Below, piece by piece: positions 37,870 through 48,538 of a stretch of 64,000 nucleotides of DNA. This DNA is from Fonticula alba ATCC 38817. Its lineage: Eukaryota > Protista > Nucleariida. Each line of letters starts with the position of its first letter. Position 1 is the first letter of the stretch. Made by a program: the position numbers and the translations under genes. Under the pieces are notes generated by a model. The model did no database searches. It saw only the letters and a program-made list of their open reading frames with translations, and had not been told where the DNA came from. Location: assembly GCA_000388065.2 (NCBI GenBank), contig KB932202.1; one strand, 5' to 3'.

Positions 37870-40457
37870 ATGTCTGCCCAGATGGCTGCCGCCCCTTCGG
37901 GCGCCGAGAGCCACGACCCCCCCATGCAGGAGGTGGATACCCCTCCTCCCCCGCCCCCGCCTACGGCTCACCTGTACCAGCTGAACCTGCAGAACCAGAC
38001 GGCCGTCACTGGTGGCGGGACTCTTGGTGCCGGGGCTGCCGTGATCGGCGCCTTCTGTGGTATTGACAAGCAGAAGGTGCGCGGCCCTCCCCCCCCCCCC
38101 CCCCCCCGGGCCTCTCTACCCGCCCATAACCCGGGGAAGAGGTCCCCCTCTCTTGCGTCGGGCATTCGCCAACGCACTCGCACATGGACACCCATTGACA
38201 TACCCATGCCCCGGACACGCACACACGCACACACGTACATCCGCTCGCCCCTTTGGCCTCTGCAGGAGATTGCCCTCATCCAGCACACCGCCATTACCCT
38301 TGTGCGGGTGGACGACGAGGGCCGCATCCATGAGATGTCCCGGACCGAGATGTTCGGTGTCATCCGCAGTGCCGTGGCCTTCCACACCTACGCCAGCAAC
38401 AAGGGTGCGCCCCCCTCTCCCCTCCCCCCTGGCGGGGGGGGGGGGCCGGAGTGTCTCGCTCCCAAATCACCAGGACCATCGCTAACTCCCGCGCCCCCGG
38501 GCGCCCTGTGGCCCGAGCACAGACTTCCTGGCCATCGGCTCTGACTCGGGCAAGATCGTCATCCTCGAGTACAACCCGGTTATCAAGCAGTTCCTCACGG
38601 TGCACGAGGAGCCCTACAGCCGGACCGGCGTCCGGCGCATGGTCCCCGGGCAGCTGCTGGCTGTCGATCCCCTCGGGCGTGCCCTGCTCGTCGGTGCCCT
38701 GGATAAGCAGAAGCTTGTCTATGTGCTGAGCCGCGACCATGCCCACCGCCTGACCATCTCCTCGCCGCTGGAGGCCCATGTGCCGAACTCGGTCTGCCTG
38801 GCGGTGGTCGGCCTGGACGTTGGGACCCGGAACCCGGTGTTCGCGGCCCTGGAGTCCGAGTATGAGGACATGGACATGGACCCGAGTGGCGAGGCGGCCA
38901 GCGACCTGATCAAGGTCCTGTCGTACTACGAGCTGGACCTGGCTCTCAACCACATGGTCCGCAAGGCGCGCACTCCGATCGACGCGACTTCGCACATGCT
39001 CGTTCCCGGTATGTCGCCCTGCCGCACGCGCTGTTGGCCGTCGTCTCTCTCGCTCTCGCTCTCGCTCTCGCTCTCCTTGCTTCCCCCCTCAGCACGATCC
39101 CCTGCCCCGTCATCATCCTTCTGCTAATCCCTCCCCCCCCCCCCTCCCCGCGGCCATGTCCGGGCAGTTCCCGGTACCACCGGCTGTCCCTCGGGTGTGC
39201 TGATCTTCTCGGCGGACACGGTTGCCTGGCGCGGTGTCGGAATTGGCCCGGACACTCCGGAGCTCCGGGTTCCTCTCCCTCGGCGGAACCATCCCCTGGG
39301 TGACATTGCCCGGCCTTCGATGGTCACTTCGGCCGTGCTGATTCGCACCCGGAAGAATGTGCGTACCCTGGCCTTCTTCCTTTTCCGCCCTCCCCCTCCC
39401 ACTTGAGTCGGTCGAGCCCCGGCTGGATGGTGGCATTGACGGTATTTGCTTGGCCCTGCCCGTGCCCCGTTCGGCCGCCGCGCCTCCCTCCAGCGTCGCA
39501 TCGTGTACCTCCTCCAGTCGGACGATGGGGATCTCTTCCGCCTGATCATCGAGCTCGATCCCAAGACCGCCCAGCCGGTGGACATGGTCCTCAAGTACAT
39601 CGAGACCCTGCCCTCGGTGGCGGCATCGCTCTGCTTCCTTGAGGATGCTGGGGCCTTTTTCACGGCTTCGGAGTTCGGTGACCAGTACGTCCGGCAGCCG
39701 CTTGCGCCAGCTCCCCCTGGCCGGCCCCAAGGGCAGCCACGCCCCTGGCCACGCCCCTGGCCCTCTCTTGGCAGCTGCACTGACACCGAAACACCGCCCC
39801 CCCCCCCCCCTCCTGCACACAGCGTCGTCTACCGTCTCATCGAGTCCACCCGCGAGACTGTCGAGGAGGATCCCCTGCGCGCGAGCGACTTCACCCGGCA
39901 GTATGCCCAGTACTACCGCACGGATGCCGGGTTCGCCAACATGTCTCGGTCCTTTGGGTTTACCTCGCGCGTGGGCGCCGCCGATGCCACGGCCCTGGCC
40001 ACGGCCCAGCGCCCTCTGGCTTTCTTCACTCCCCGGGCCCCGGGCGACCTGGTCAACCTGGCGCCGGTCGACTCGGTGGCCAGCCTGTCGCCGCTGATCG
40101 ACTCCGGCATCCTGCCGGTCTCCTTCACCGACAGCTCCATCGGCCAGCATGTCCAGGCGTCCGACGGTCGGGTGATGGTCACCCTGACCGGGTCCGGCAG
40201 TGTGGGCGGTGGCGGGGCCGAGCTGCGCCTCTTGCGCGCTGGCGTGCGCTCGGTCATCGGCGACCGGGGCTCGGCGGTGGCCGAGTTCCCCGGTGTCCCG
40301 TCCGGCATTTGGGCTCTTCGCCAGCGCCCGTCCGGTGCGTTGGTCCCCTGACGGCCCCTCCCCCACCTCCCGGGGCAACACATCCGTTCTCGCTGATCCC
40401 TGGGTGTTTGGCGGCTTTCCTCCATCCTGCTCCCCCCTCCCCCTCCCCTCCCCTCCC

Positions 40458-40493
<36 letters not shown>

Positions 40494-43400
40494 ATGCACC
40501 CGCGTACTCACATGCAAATACCCCCCCCCCCCCCCCTTGCCCTCTTTGTGGCCGGTACCGGCCAAACCCACACAGACCTCTTCGATTCGTACCTGGTCCT
40601 GTCCTTCCTGAATGATACGCTGGTCCTCTCGGTGCAGAGTGCCCATGTGACGGTGGTCGAGGATGCGGCCGGGTTCCTGACCAAGGTGGCCACCATCTGC
40701 GCGGCGCACCTCGGTGGGGCCGGCCTGGCGGACCAGAGCGCCGGCCTGGTGCAGGTCCATGCCAATGGTGTGCGGCACATCCGCCCGGACAAGAGTGTCC
40801 AGGAGTGGCGCCCGCCCCCGGGCACGCAGATTGTCCATGCCATCGCCAACACCCGGCAGGTGGCCATCACCCTGAACCAGGCGTCCGGCGCCGGTGCCTC
40901 GGGGGATGATTTCGCCGAGCCCGGCGGGCCGATCGTCTATTTCGAGCTGGACCAGCATGGCCAGCTCAATGAGTACCAGCACCACAAGTCCCTGGGGGCC
41001 GAGGTGACGGCCATGGCCTTCGGCATTGTGTCCGAGGGGGCGGTCCGGTCGCCGTTCCTGATTGTCGGCACGCTGGAGGACGAGAGCGTGCGAGTGCTGT
41101 CCCTGGACCCGGATGGCTTCTTCGACACGCTCATGACCCAGGCCCTGCTGGCCCCGCCGTCGTCCATCCTGGCCACCAACTTGCAGGACCTGCCGGCTCC
41201 CGGCGCCGCGGCCCCCATCAGCGGGCAGTTCACCCTGCTCATCGGCCTGCGCAATGGCGTCCTCGTCCGGACCAACATCGACCGGCTGACCGGCATGCTG
41301 AGCAGCCCGCGCAACCGCCTGGTCGGCCACACCCCGGTCAAGCTGTCGCCCTTGACCACCAACTCCGTGCTGGACCAGAGCGCCGCCTTTGACCACTGCC
41401 GTGACGCGGTGCTGGTCCTGTCCTCCCCGGCTTCCTATGTGTGCTACTCGCACCAGGGGCGCGTCTCGGTCCTGCCGCTGACCATCGATGCCGGGGATGC
41501 TCCTGGTGCCGGGGCCGGGGCCGGGGCCGGGGCCGGGGCCACGGATGGCCCGGTGGCCGTCGACCATGCGGTCCCCTTCTCCACGGACAAGTTCCCGCGT
41601 AACTCCTTCTTCGCCATTTCCGGCCGGAAGATGCGTGTGCTGGACCTGACCCCGGCCGTGCCGGCCGTCGGGCCCGGCCTGACTGACGCCGGTGCCGGCC
41701 CCAAAACCGACACCTCAGCCGGCGAGAGTGGCCTCATTCGCGGGGCGACCTTCCACACGGCCGCTCGCGTGGCCTTGCGCTACACCCCCCGCAAGATGAG
41801 CATCTGCCCGCGGCTGGGCCTGGCCTTTGTGGGGGAGGTCGACCACCGGGCATGGGGTGTGGATGATCTGCTCGAAGCCCAGGGCCAGCCGGCTTCCTCG
41901 AAGGACACGGTGCGTCATGCCGGGCCGTGGCTCGTTGGATGGGATGCCATGCCATTGCTAGGGCAGGCCGCGGGCGCGGCCTGTCCCCGCGTGGCCTGTC
42001 TTGTCGTTTCTTTGCCCCCCCCCCCCCCCCCCCCCCCCCCCGGCCCCGGCCCCGGCCCCCTTCCGGGGCGGGGCCCGCCATTTTGATGGGCCGCCCCCCT
42101 CGCCCTCGTTGTCCTGCTGGCTAACATCGCTGCCCCGCCTCCCGTGTGCCAGTCTGCGGCATCGCTTCCGTCGGTGCGCGCGCCGGCCGGCTTCTGGGCC
42201 TCATGCCTGCGCGTGGTGGATCTGCGCCAAGCGCTGCACCTGGGCACCATGACCCCGGTGGCTCGGGGCACCCTGCCGGCCGATCAGCCCCTCACAGCCA
42301 CGACATGGGTCGAGGAGCTCGGCAACAACCAGGCCATCACCAGCATGGGCTTTGTGATGCTCCAGCCCCCGGCGCCGGTCGGCCACACGGGGCCCAACCC
42401 CAATCCCCCGGCGCCGCATGTGGTTGTCGGCACGGCGGTCAACCTGCAGCTGGCCCCGCGCAAGTGCGCCGGCGGCAAGCTCCACGTTTATGCGCTGGAT
42501 GAGACGGCCAAGACCCTAAGCCTGGTGCATACGGTGCGTGGGCCTCCTTCTATGTCTCTTTGCGCGCGCCTCCCCGCCCGCCCCTCGCTCGCCCTGCATC
42601 TCCATCTGACCCGCGACCCCGTCCTCTCCAGACCGACGTCGATGATGCGCCGACCGCCGTGTGCGGCTTCCGGGGCCGGCTGCTGGTGGGCCTTGGGCGC
42701 ACCCTGCGCCTGTATGACAATGGCCGCCGGCGGCTGCTGCGCAAGTGCGAGAACCGCAACCTGCCGAACCTCATCACGCGCATCCAGGCCCCGGAGACCC
42801 CCGGCGGCCGGGGGGACGGTGCGGATGACCGCATCATCGTGTCCGATGTCCAGGAGTCCGTCAGCCTGGTGTCCTACCTGCCGGTGCCGGAGAACCATCT
42901 GGTGGTGGTGGTCGATGACACGGTGCCCCGCTGGGCCACCGCCGTCACGGCCCTCGATCATAACACCCTCGCCGTGGGGGATAAGTTCGGCAACTTCAGC
43001 CTCCTGCGCGTGCACCACGAGTCGGTTGGCCGCATCACCAATCCCAACTGGCACCCGTCGGCCGACCGGGTGGACTTCGAGCGCGGCCTCCTCGGCGGCG
43101 CCCCCTACAAGGTATGCATTTGACGCCTCTCGAGGAGAGCCACACCGCGTCCTCCGTTGCCCACGCAGGGCCTCTCCCGCCACAGTGTTGCCCATCTGGC
43201 GCCGGTTCCTGTGCCTTCTCCCCCGCTTCCCCCCCGTCTACCCATGTGCTGACCGTGGATGCCTTCGGCTTTTCCTCCCTCCCTGGCCATCCCCCTCCCC
43301 CTCGCGCCTTCCCTTGGTGCTGTCTCCGGCTGCGGCGCTTGCAGTTCACCAACATCTGTGAATACCATGTTGGCGATATGATCACCTCCATCCATCGCGC

Positions 43401-43746
43401 CCAGCCGCACGCGGCCACCGGCGCCTCGGACGATGAGAACATCATGTACACCACCCTGCTCGGTGGAGTCGGTGTCATGGTTCCCATCCGCCGACAGACC
43501 AACATCGAATTCCTCCAGCTGCTGGAGATGCACATGCGCAATGAGGTGTCCTCCTTGATTGGCCGCTCGCACCTGGCCTACCGGTCATACTATACCCCGG
43601 TGCGCAATGTCATTGATGGCACCCTGTGCGAGCTCTTCTCCACCCTGTCCCTGGAGAAGCAGGCCGCCATCGCGGATGCCCTGAACTCCGAGGTCGACGA
43701 GATTCACACCTACCTGGAGGAGCTCCGCGTGCAGACCGGCTTCTAG
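37870..43746 (+). CDS. SF3B3: Splicing factor 3B subunit 3 (SAP130/Rse1)
   Basis: HLYQLNLQ, FGVIRS, DFLAIGSDSGKIVILEY, VHEEPYSRTGVRRMVPGQLLAVDPLGRA, LTISSPLEAH, YYELDLALNH, DSYLVLSF, RGRLLVGLG, LYDNGRRRLLRKCEN, DVQES, GDKFGN, IMYTTLLG, FLQLLEMHMR, RSYYTPVRNVIDGTLCELF. TAG 43744-43746. Confidence 0.97.
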
Positions 43747-44296
43747 GGGGAAATGTGCAACTGCTCTGCTCCCCCGGCCTCCTGTTGCGGCCTTCCTTCC
43801 CATGCGCCGAGCACACGCACACCCGCGTGCATCTTTGCTCATGTGTTTACTTCAACACTGCTACCTGGGTACAATATACACACACACACACACACGCACA
43901 CCCTCGCGCCTGCGCATGCTGTTCACTCATGTGTAGATACACACATATTTCCATGTATATGCATCTGCATACCCGTGGGAGCATCTTCCCCCAACGAAGG
44001 GTAATGACGTCGAGGGGGAGGGGGAGCGACAAAGAGAGAAAGAAAGAGAGAGAGAGAGAGAGAGAGAAGGGCAGCCAAATTTGGACTGATGCATCACTGC
44101 GCGCAGGCTATGATCTAAAACTTGACAGGGGGGAGGGAGAGAGAAAACGCGCATACGCACGCAGGCCATACACGGAGAGGCGCCTCCGGGCATCGCGCGT
44201 GGCACACCGACAAGGACATGATTTGAGGGGGGAAGAAAAAAAGGGAGGACCAGACAGGGGGGGGGGGGGGGGGGGGGGGGTGTATATGTGGCAGAC

Positions 44297-44788
44297 TCAG
44301 TCGATGAGCGAGCTGCTGCTGCTGGCGACGGATTCCGCCTCGGCCGCGGTGATGAGCATGACATTGCCACGACCACCGCCGCCGGACTCGGAACCGATTT
44401 CCTCCTCGGCAGTGATCTTGAACCCGGCGGCCGAGAGCTGCCGAGCAAACTCGTCATAGTAAGTGGCCCGACCGAAGTCGATGGTGGTAATGACACGAAG
44501 CAGGGGCTTGATGGTCTCCACCAGGAAGGACCGGCGCCGCTCGAAAGTCTGCGTGAAGTAGAGCAGGCCGCCCTCCTTCAGGAGATTGGCCTTCACATGG
44601 AGCAGGGCAGCCGACGGGTCGGGCAGCAGCATGAAGGACCCACTGAAGTAGACCGCATCAAAGCGCTGGCCACCGGGCGGCAGGAAGTAATCGTAGATGG
44701 ACATATGCTCGACCTGGGGTCCGGAGCGCGCGCCGGAGAAGGGGCAGGAGGGGCAAAGGACCAGGTGTTATCCGTGCAAAGCAAGAGT

Positions 44789-44821
<33 letters not shown>

Positions 44822-45338
44822 GGGGAGAAGAACACGAGGGCGGGGGTGTCGATCTACAAGCCGGACGTACGTTCACCAGGCCCGAGGCGTTCTTGTCGCG
44901 GATGAGATCCTGCGCACGAGCAATGTAATCGGCATCGATGTCGACACCCTTGATGCGGAGTTGGCGCTCGTTGATGATAGAAATGTTGTTCAGGAGGGCA
45001 GCCGCGGTGCCTGAAATGCCGGGATGCGGCGCGTGAGGTTGGGCGTGGCGAGAGGGGAAGGGGCGAAGGCAGGAGCCACGCTCCAGAGGGGAGGAGAGGG
45101 GGGGGAGGAGGAGGAAACGCACCGACACCGACATCAAGGACGCTGGACTTGGCCGGCAACTTCTCCAACACGGTGCGGTACCACTCGGAGGTGAACCAGA
45201 CGATGGCCGCGTCATAGATGGCCGCACGAGTCCAGCGACGCCAACGGTCGAACCTGCTCGGTGACAGGGGGACAGCGGGGTGGGAAAGGGGGAATTGCGC
45301 GAATGCAAGTGTTTTGGCGCGCATGTGTGCGAGCAGGG

Positions 45339-45392
<54 letters not shown>

Positions 45393-46542
45393 GGGGGGGG
45401 GAGGGAGAGAAGGCCAAGGGGAGGAGGAAGAAAAGAGATGGGTGCTTGGTTGCCAGCGCGTCAGGTGCTTTTGTGTGATCATCTACCAGCGCGCGCCAGG
45501 ACTCCGACGGAGGGGAGGGCGGACCACAAAAAAGGCCCGCGGGAGAAGAGACCGGGCAGCCCTCGATCCAGTGCGAGGAGTGGGCAGCCCCCCGAGGGCG
45601 TCTTCCATTCTCCTGCGGCCTGTGTGTCAGCAGCATGGTGGCCGTGGCTGGCGCTGCGCGCGGGCACCCTCGTGGCTTCCCCCGCGCCGGACATTGCCAA
45701 GCGAAGCCACCAGCCGGCCCGCAGCCACGGTCTCCTCTAGCCCGCCAAGTAGGCCCGAGCAACTGCCAAAGGGTTGCTCCGGGTATCGGGCTGGGCAGGG
45801 AAAGGAGGGTGTGGGTGTGTGGAGACCTTGGCCGCTGGCCGGTGGATGGGCATCGGGACGGGGGTATGCACGTGCATGTGCGCGCGCGCGCGCGCGCGTG
45901 CGCAGACGGCCAGGCAAGCGCACAACCGGCAGTCCGCCGCCCCTCCTGGAGTACATGGCCAAAAGCTGGCTCAGACCTTTTACTGTGGACATCATGTGCG
46001 CGTGCATGGGCCGAGAGGAAGAGGGAGATCGGAGGAGCGTCGTGTAGGGAAAGCGCACAACCGGCAGTCCGCCGCCCCTCCTGGAGTACATGGCCAAAAG
46101 CTGGCTCAGACCTTTTACTGTGGACATCATGTGCGCGTGCATGGGCCGAGAGGAAGAGGGGGGGGGGGGGGNNNNNNNNNNNNNNNNNNNNNNNNNNNNN
46201 NNNNNNNNNNNNNNNNNNNNNNNNNNNNNNNNNNNNNNNNNNNNNNNNNNNNNNNNNNNNNNNNNNNNNNNNNNNNNNNNNNNNNNNNNNNNNNNNNNNN
46301 NNNNNNNNNNNNNNNNNNNNNNNNNNNNNNNNNNNNNNNNNNNNNNNNNGGAGGCGGCGGGAAGGGGGGACGCACCACTGGGGCCACGATTCGTTCTCGG
46401 GCGCGGAATAGACCCCGGCATAGGCCAGCTCACGGAGGGACTCCTTGGAGGCGTGCGGGTTGTTCGATGCCGCGACCTCGCGAGTCTCGGGCGGCAGCAG
46501 GTCCTCGGGGTACAAGTTGCTGTTGGCACCGGATTCAGCCAT
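44297..46542 (-). CDS. Class I SAM-dependent methyltransferase (unknown substrate)
   Basis: Exons 45253->45123, 45010->44871 and 44713->44297 encode motif I VLDVGVGT, IKGVDIDADY, FDAVYFSGSFMLL, LLKEGGLLYF. A probable first exon 46542->46376 (MAESG...ESWPQ, phase 2, GTGCGT donor) splices in phase to the 45253 exon (WPQW-FDRW). That link crosses an N-gap and is less certain. Confidence 0.82.
45456..46001 (-). ncRNA. Candidate intronic composite box C/D + H/ACA scaRNA-like guide RNA (U5 U41 2'-O-methyl guide; U2 psi34 guide)
   Basis: Minus strand. Box C-like ATGATGT (45995-45989), guide AGTAAAAGG-T, box D' CTGA (45974-45971). H/ACA-type hairpin 45792-45739 directly followed by box H AGAGGA (45738-45733). 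Second long hairpin 45730-45642, then ACA at about 45627-45625. C'-like GATGATCA (45483-45476) and box D CTGA (45464-45461). 4-bp terminal CGCG/CGCG stem. Lies in the sense orientation within a long intron. Not verified by covariance search. Confidence 0.6.
46026..46053 (+). other. Illumina TruSeq adapter remnant (assembly artefact)
   Basis: AGATCGGAGGAGCGTCGTGTAGGGAAAG differs at one position from the TruSeq read-2 adapter start AGATCGGAAGAGCGTCGTGTAGGGAAAG. It sits between two identical 110-bp copies (45916-46025 and 46051-46160) next to an N-gap. Confidence 0.95.
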
Positions 46543-48008
46543 AGCGAGAAGGGGCGAGGGAAGGGGCTGACAAAAGGGAGGGAGGAGGGGAACCCACGAG
46601 TCGGGAGTGAGGGGGTGGTGGGGTGGGGGAGAGGGGGGGGGGGGAGTCATTGATTGCTGGGATGCCGTCTCGACCCATCGGCCCGCCTGCCTAGATACCT
46701 GGCCCCCGGGGGCGAAAGACAGCTCGGGCGGGAAAGGGGGCCCGGCTCGTCCACACAACAAGGTGGAGGGGGGGGGGGGTCAGGGTCCGGGTGAGCGGGT
46801 GCACGGTCCGGGAATCGGGTCACTTGGCGCCGGGGGCGCGGGGGCTGGGGGGAAGACGGGGGCTGGCCAGTCAACCCCAGCTACTGGCATGTCCAGCCTG
46901 TCCCACGCGCGCCCTCCTCGCTCGCGTGCTTCTCGGCAAGGGCCAGCTCCCGAACGTGCGCGCACATGAGTCGGGGCATATCCCACACACATTCACGCAC
47001 GCACGAACACCCACGGGGAGATGCCCCACGGCGCACCTCCCCCCCCCCTCCCCCCCCTCCGGGAGCCAACAAGGCCNNNNNNNNNNNNNNNNNNNNNNNN
47101 NNNNNNNNNNNNNNNNNNNNNNNNNNNNNNNNNNNNNNNNNNNNNNNNNNNNNNNNNNNNNNNNNNNNNNNNNNNNNNNNNNNNNNNNNNNNNNNNNNNN
47201 NNNNNNNNNNNNCCGGCGGGCTGTGGGGCGGGGGGGGGGGGCATCTTCCCGGTGTGTCGCTCCTCCCGGAGGCCGCGGCGCAAGGCGCACCCTGTCCTGG
47301 AGAAGTATGTTGCGGTGCGCGCGCCGATGCCGAGAGACGGCCCGAGCAACCAGCACGGATGGGCCCCTGTGAAACAGAGCCCCCTGGCAGCGCGCCTTCT
47401 GACAACCGAGATTTTCATGCTGTCGGCGTGAACGCGACGCCCTGCTCCGCGGCGCACATTGCTGCCAGGCCGGCCGGCCCGGCCCATAGCCCGCCCTTTT
47501 CCAGCTCCCACAAGTGCCCCCCACAACACCGGCCCTCCAGTGGCCACGGGAGATTGCCACAGACCGCGGTGCTCAGCCGGCCGCATCCGTATCTCCAGAA
47601 CAGGCGCGTGGGTAGTGCCAGCGCATCCACATCGTTGGGAGATGATCGGAACCCTTCGGCCGCGCCCCACACCAACGCCCGGGGGGGGGGGGGGGCCCCA
47701 CACGAAAGGGGGCAAACGCGGACAGGCAGGAGGGAGACAGGGAGGGGGCACCGCAGAGGGTGGGCGCTAGACCCCCTTCCCCCCCCCCCCCCCCCCCCCC
47801 AGCGCGCATCACCGCACATCGCCGCCGATAAGTGCAAATCAGCCCAGACCCGGCACGCCTTGACACAGATCAGGGCATATCACAGCGCCGGCTGCCGTGG
47901 TCTGGCGCAAATCGGCGCCCGCCAGCGCGCACGCATCGGTGCCCGGTGCCCTATGTGCGTGTGTGCGTGCGTGGGCGGGTGTGGACGCGGCCGGAGCCGG
48001 CGGCGGCG

Positions 48009-48067
<59 letters not shown>

Positions 48068-48105
48068 GGTACTCTTCTATTGCTTGTCACATGGCCGGGG
48101 AGCTA

Positions 48106-48501
48106 CTACAGCTCAAGGTCTTCGTCGGGCTCGTCCTCGTCAAAGTCATCTCCCTCGTCGTAGACATACTCGATGAGTCCCGTCGGCCCGGGCGCCCAGG
48201 GAACCTGCACACCGAACAGCCAGTCGGCCGGCGGAAGAGCCGGCAGAGTGCCGGCCGCAGGAGCGGAAGTGGCACCTGTGCCGGCGATTGTGGCCCCGGA
48301 CCCGGCCGTGGGCGATCCATAAAAGAGGCTGTCCGTTTGGGCCCGGGTGAAGGGCAACTCGACATCGGCCCGGGCTCGACGTTCGGCCTCCGACAGGCCG
48401 AGACTGAAGGACACCCCGGCCAGACCGGCTGCCAAGCCGGCGTCCGGCTCCAAGGCCAGGGGCACGGCACTCGCGCCGGCAGCTGGCTCCGGCTGGAGGG
48501 G

Positions 48502-48538
<37 letters not shown>

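Noticed and set aside
45975-45984. Plus-strand ACCTTTTACT read as a U5 snRNA gene
   Set aside because: No U5 stem-loop around it, the first loop base is A rather than G, and there is no Sm site downstream; it is better explained as the antisense of a minus-strand guide.
46051-46160. Second copy of the 110-bp block as a biological tandem duplication
   Set aside because: An Illumina adapter sequence lies at the junction, indicating an assembly artefact.
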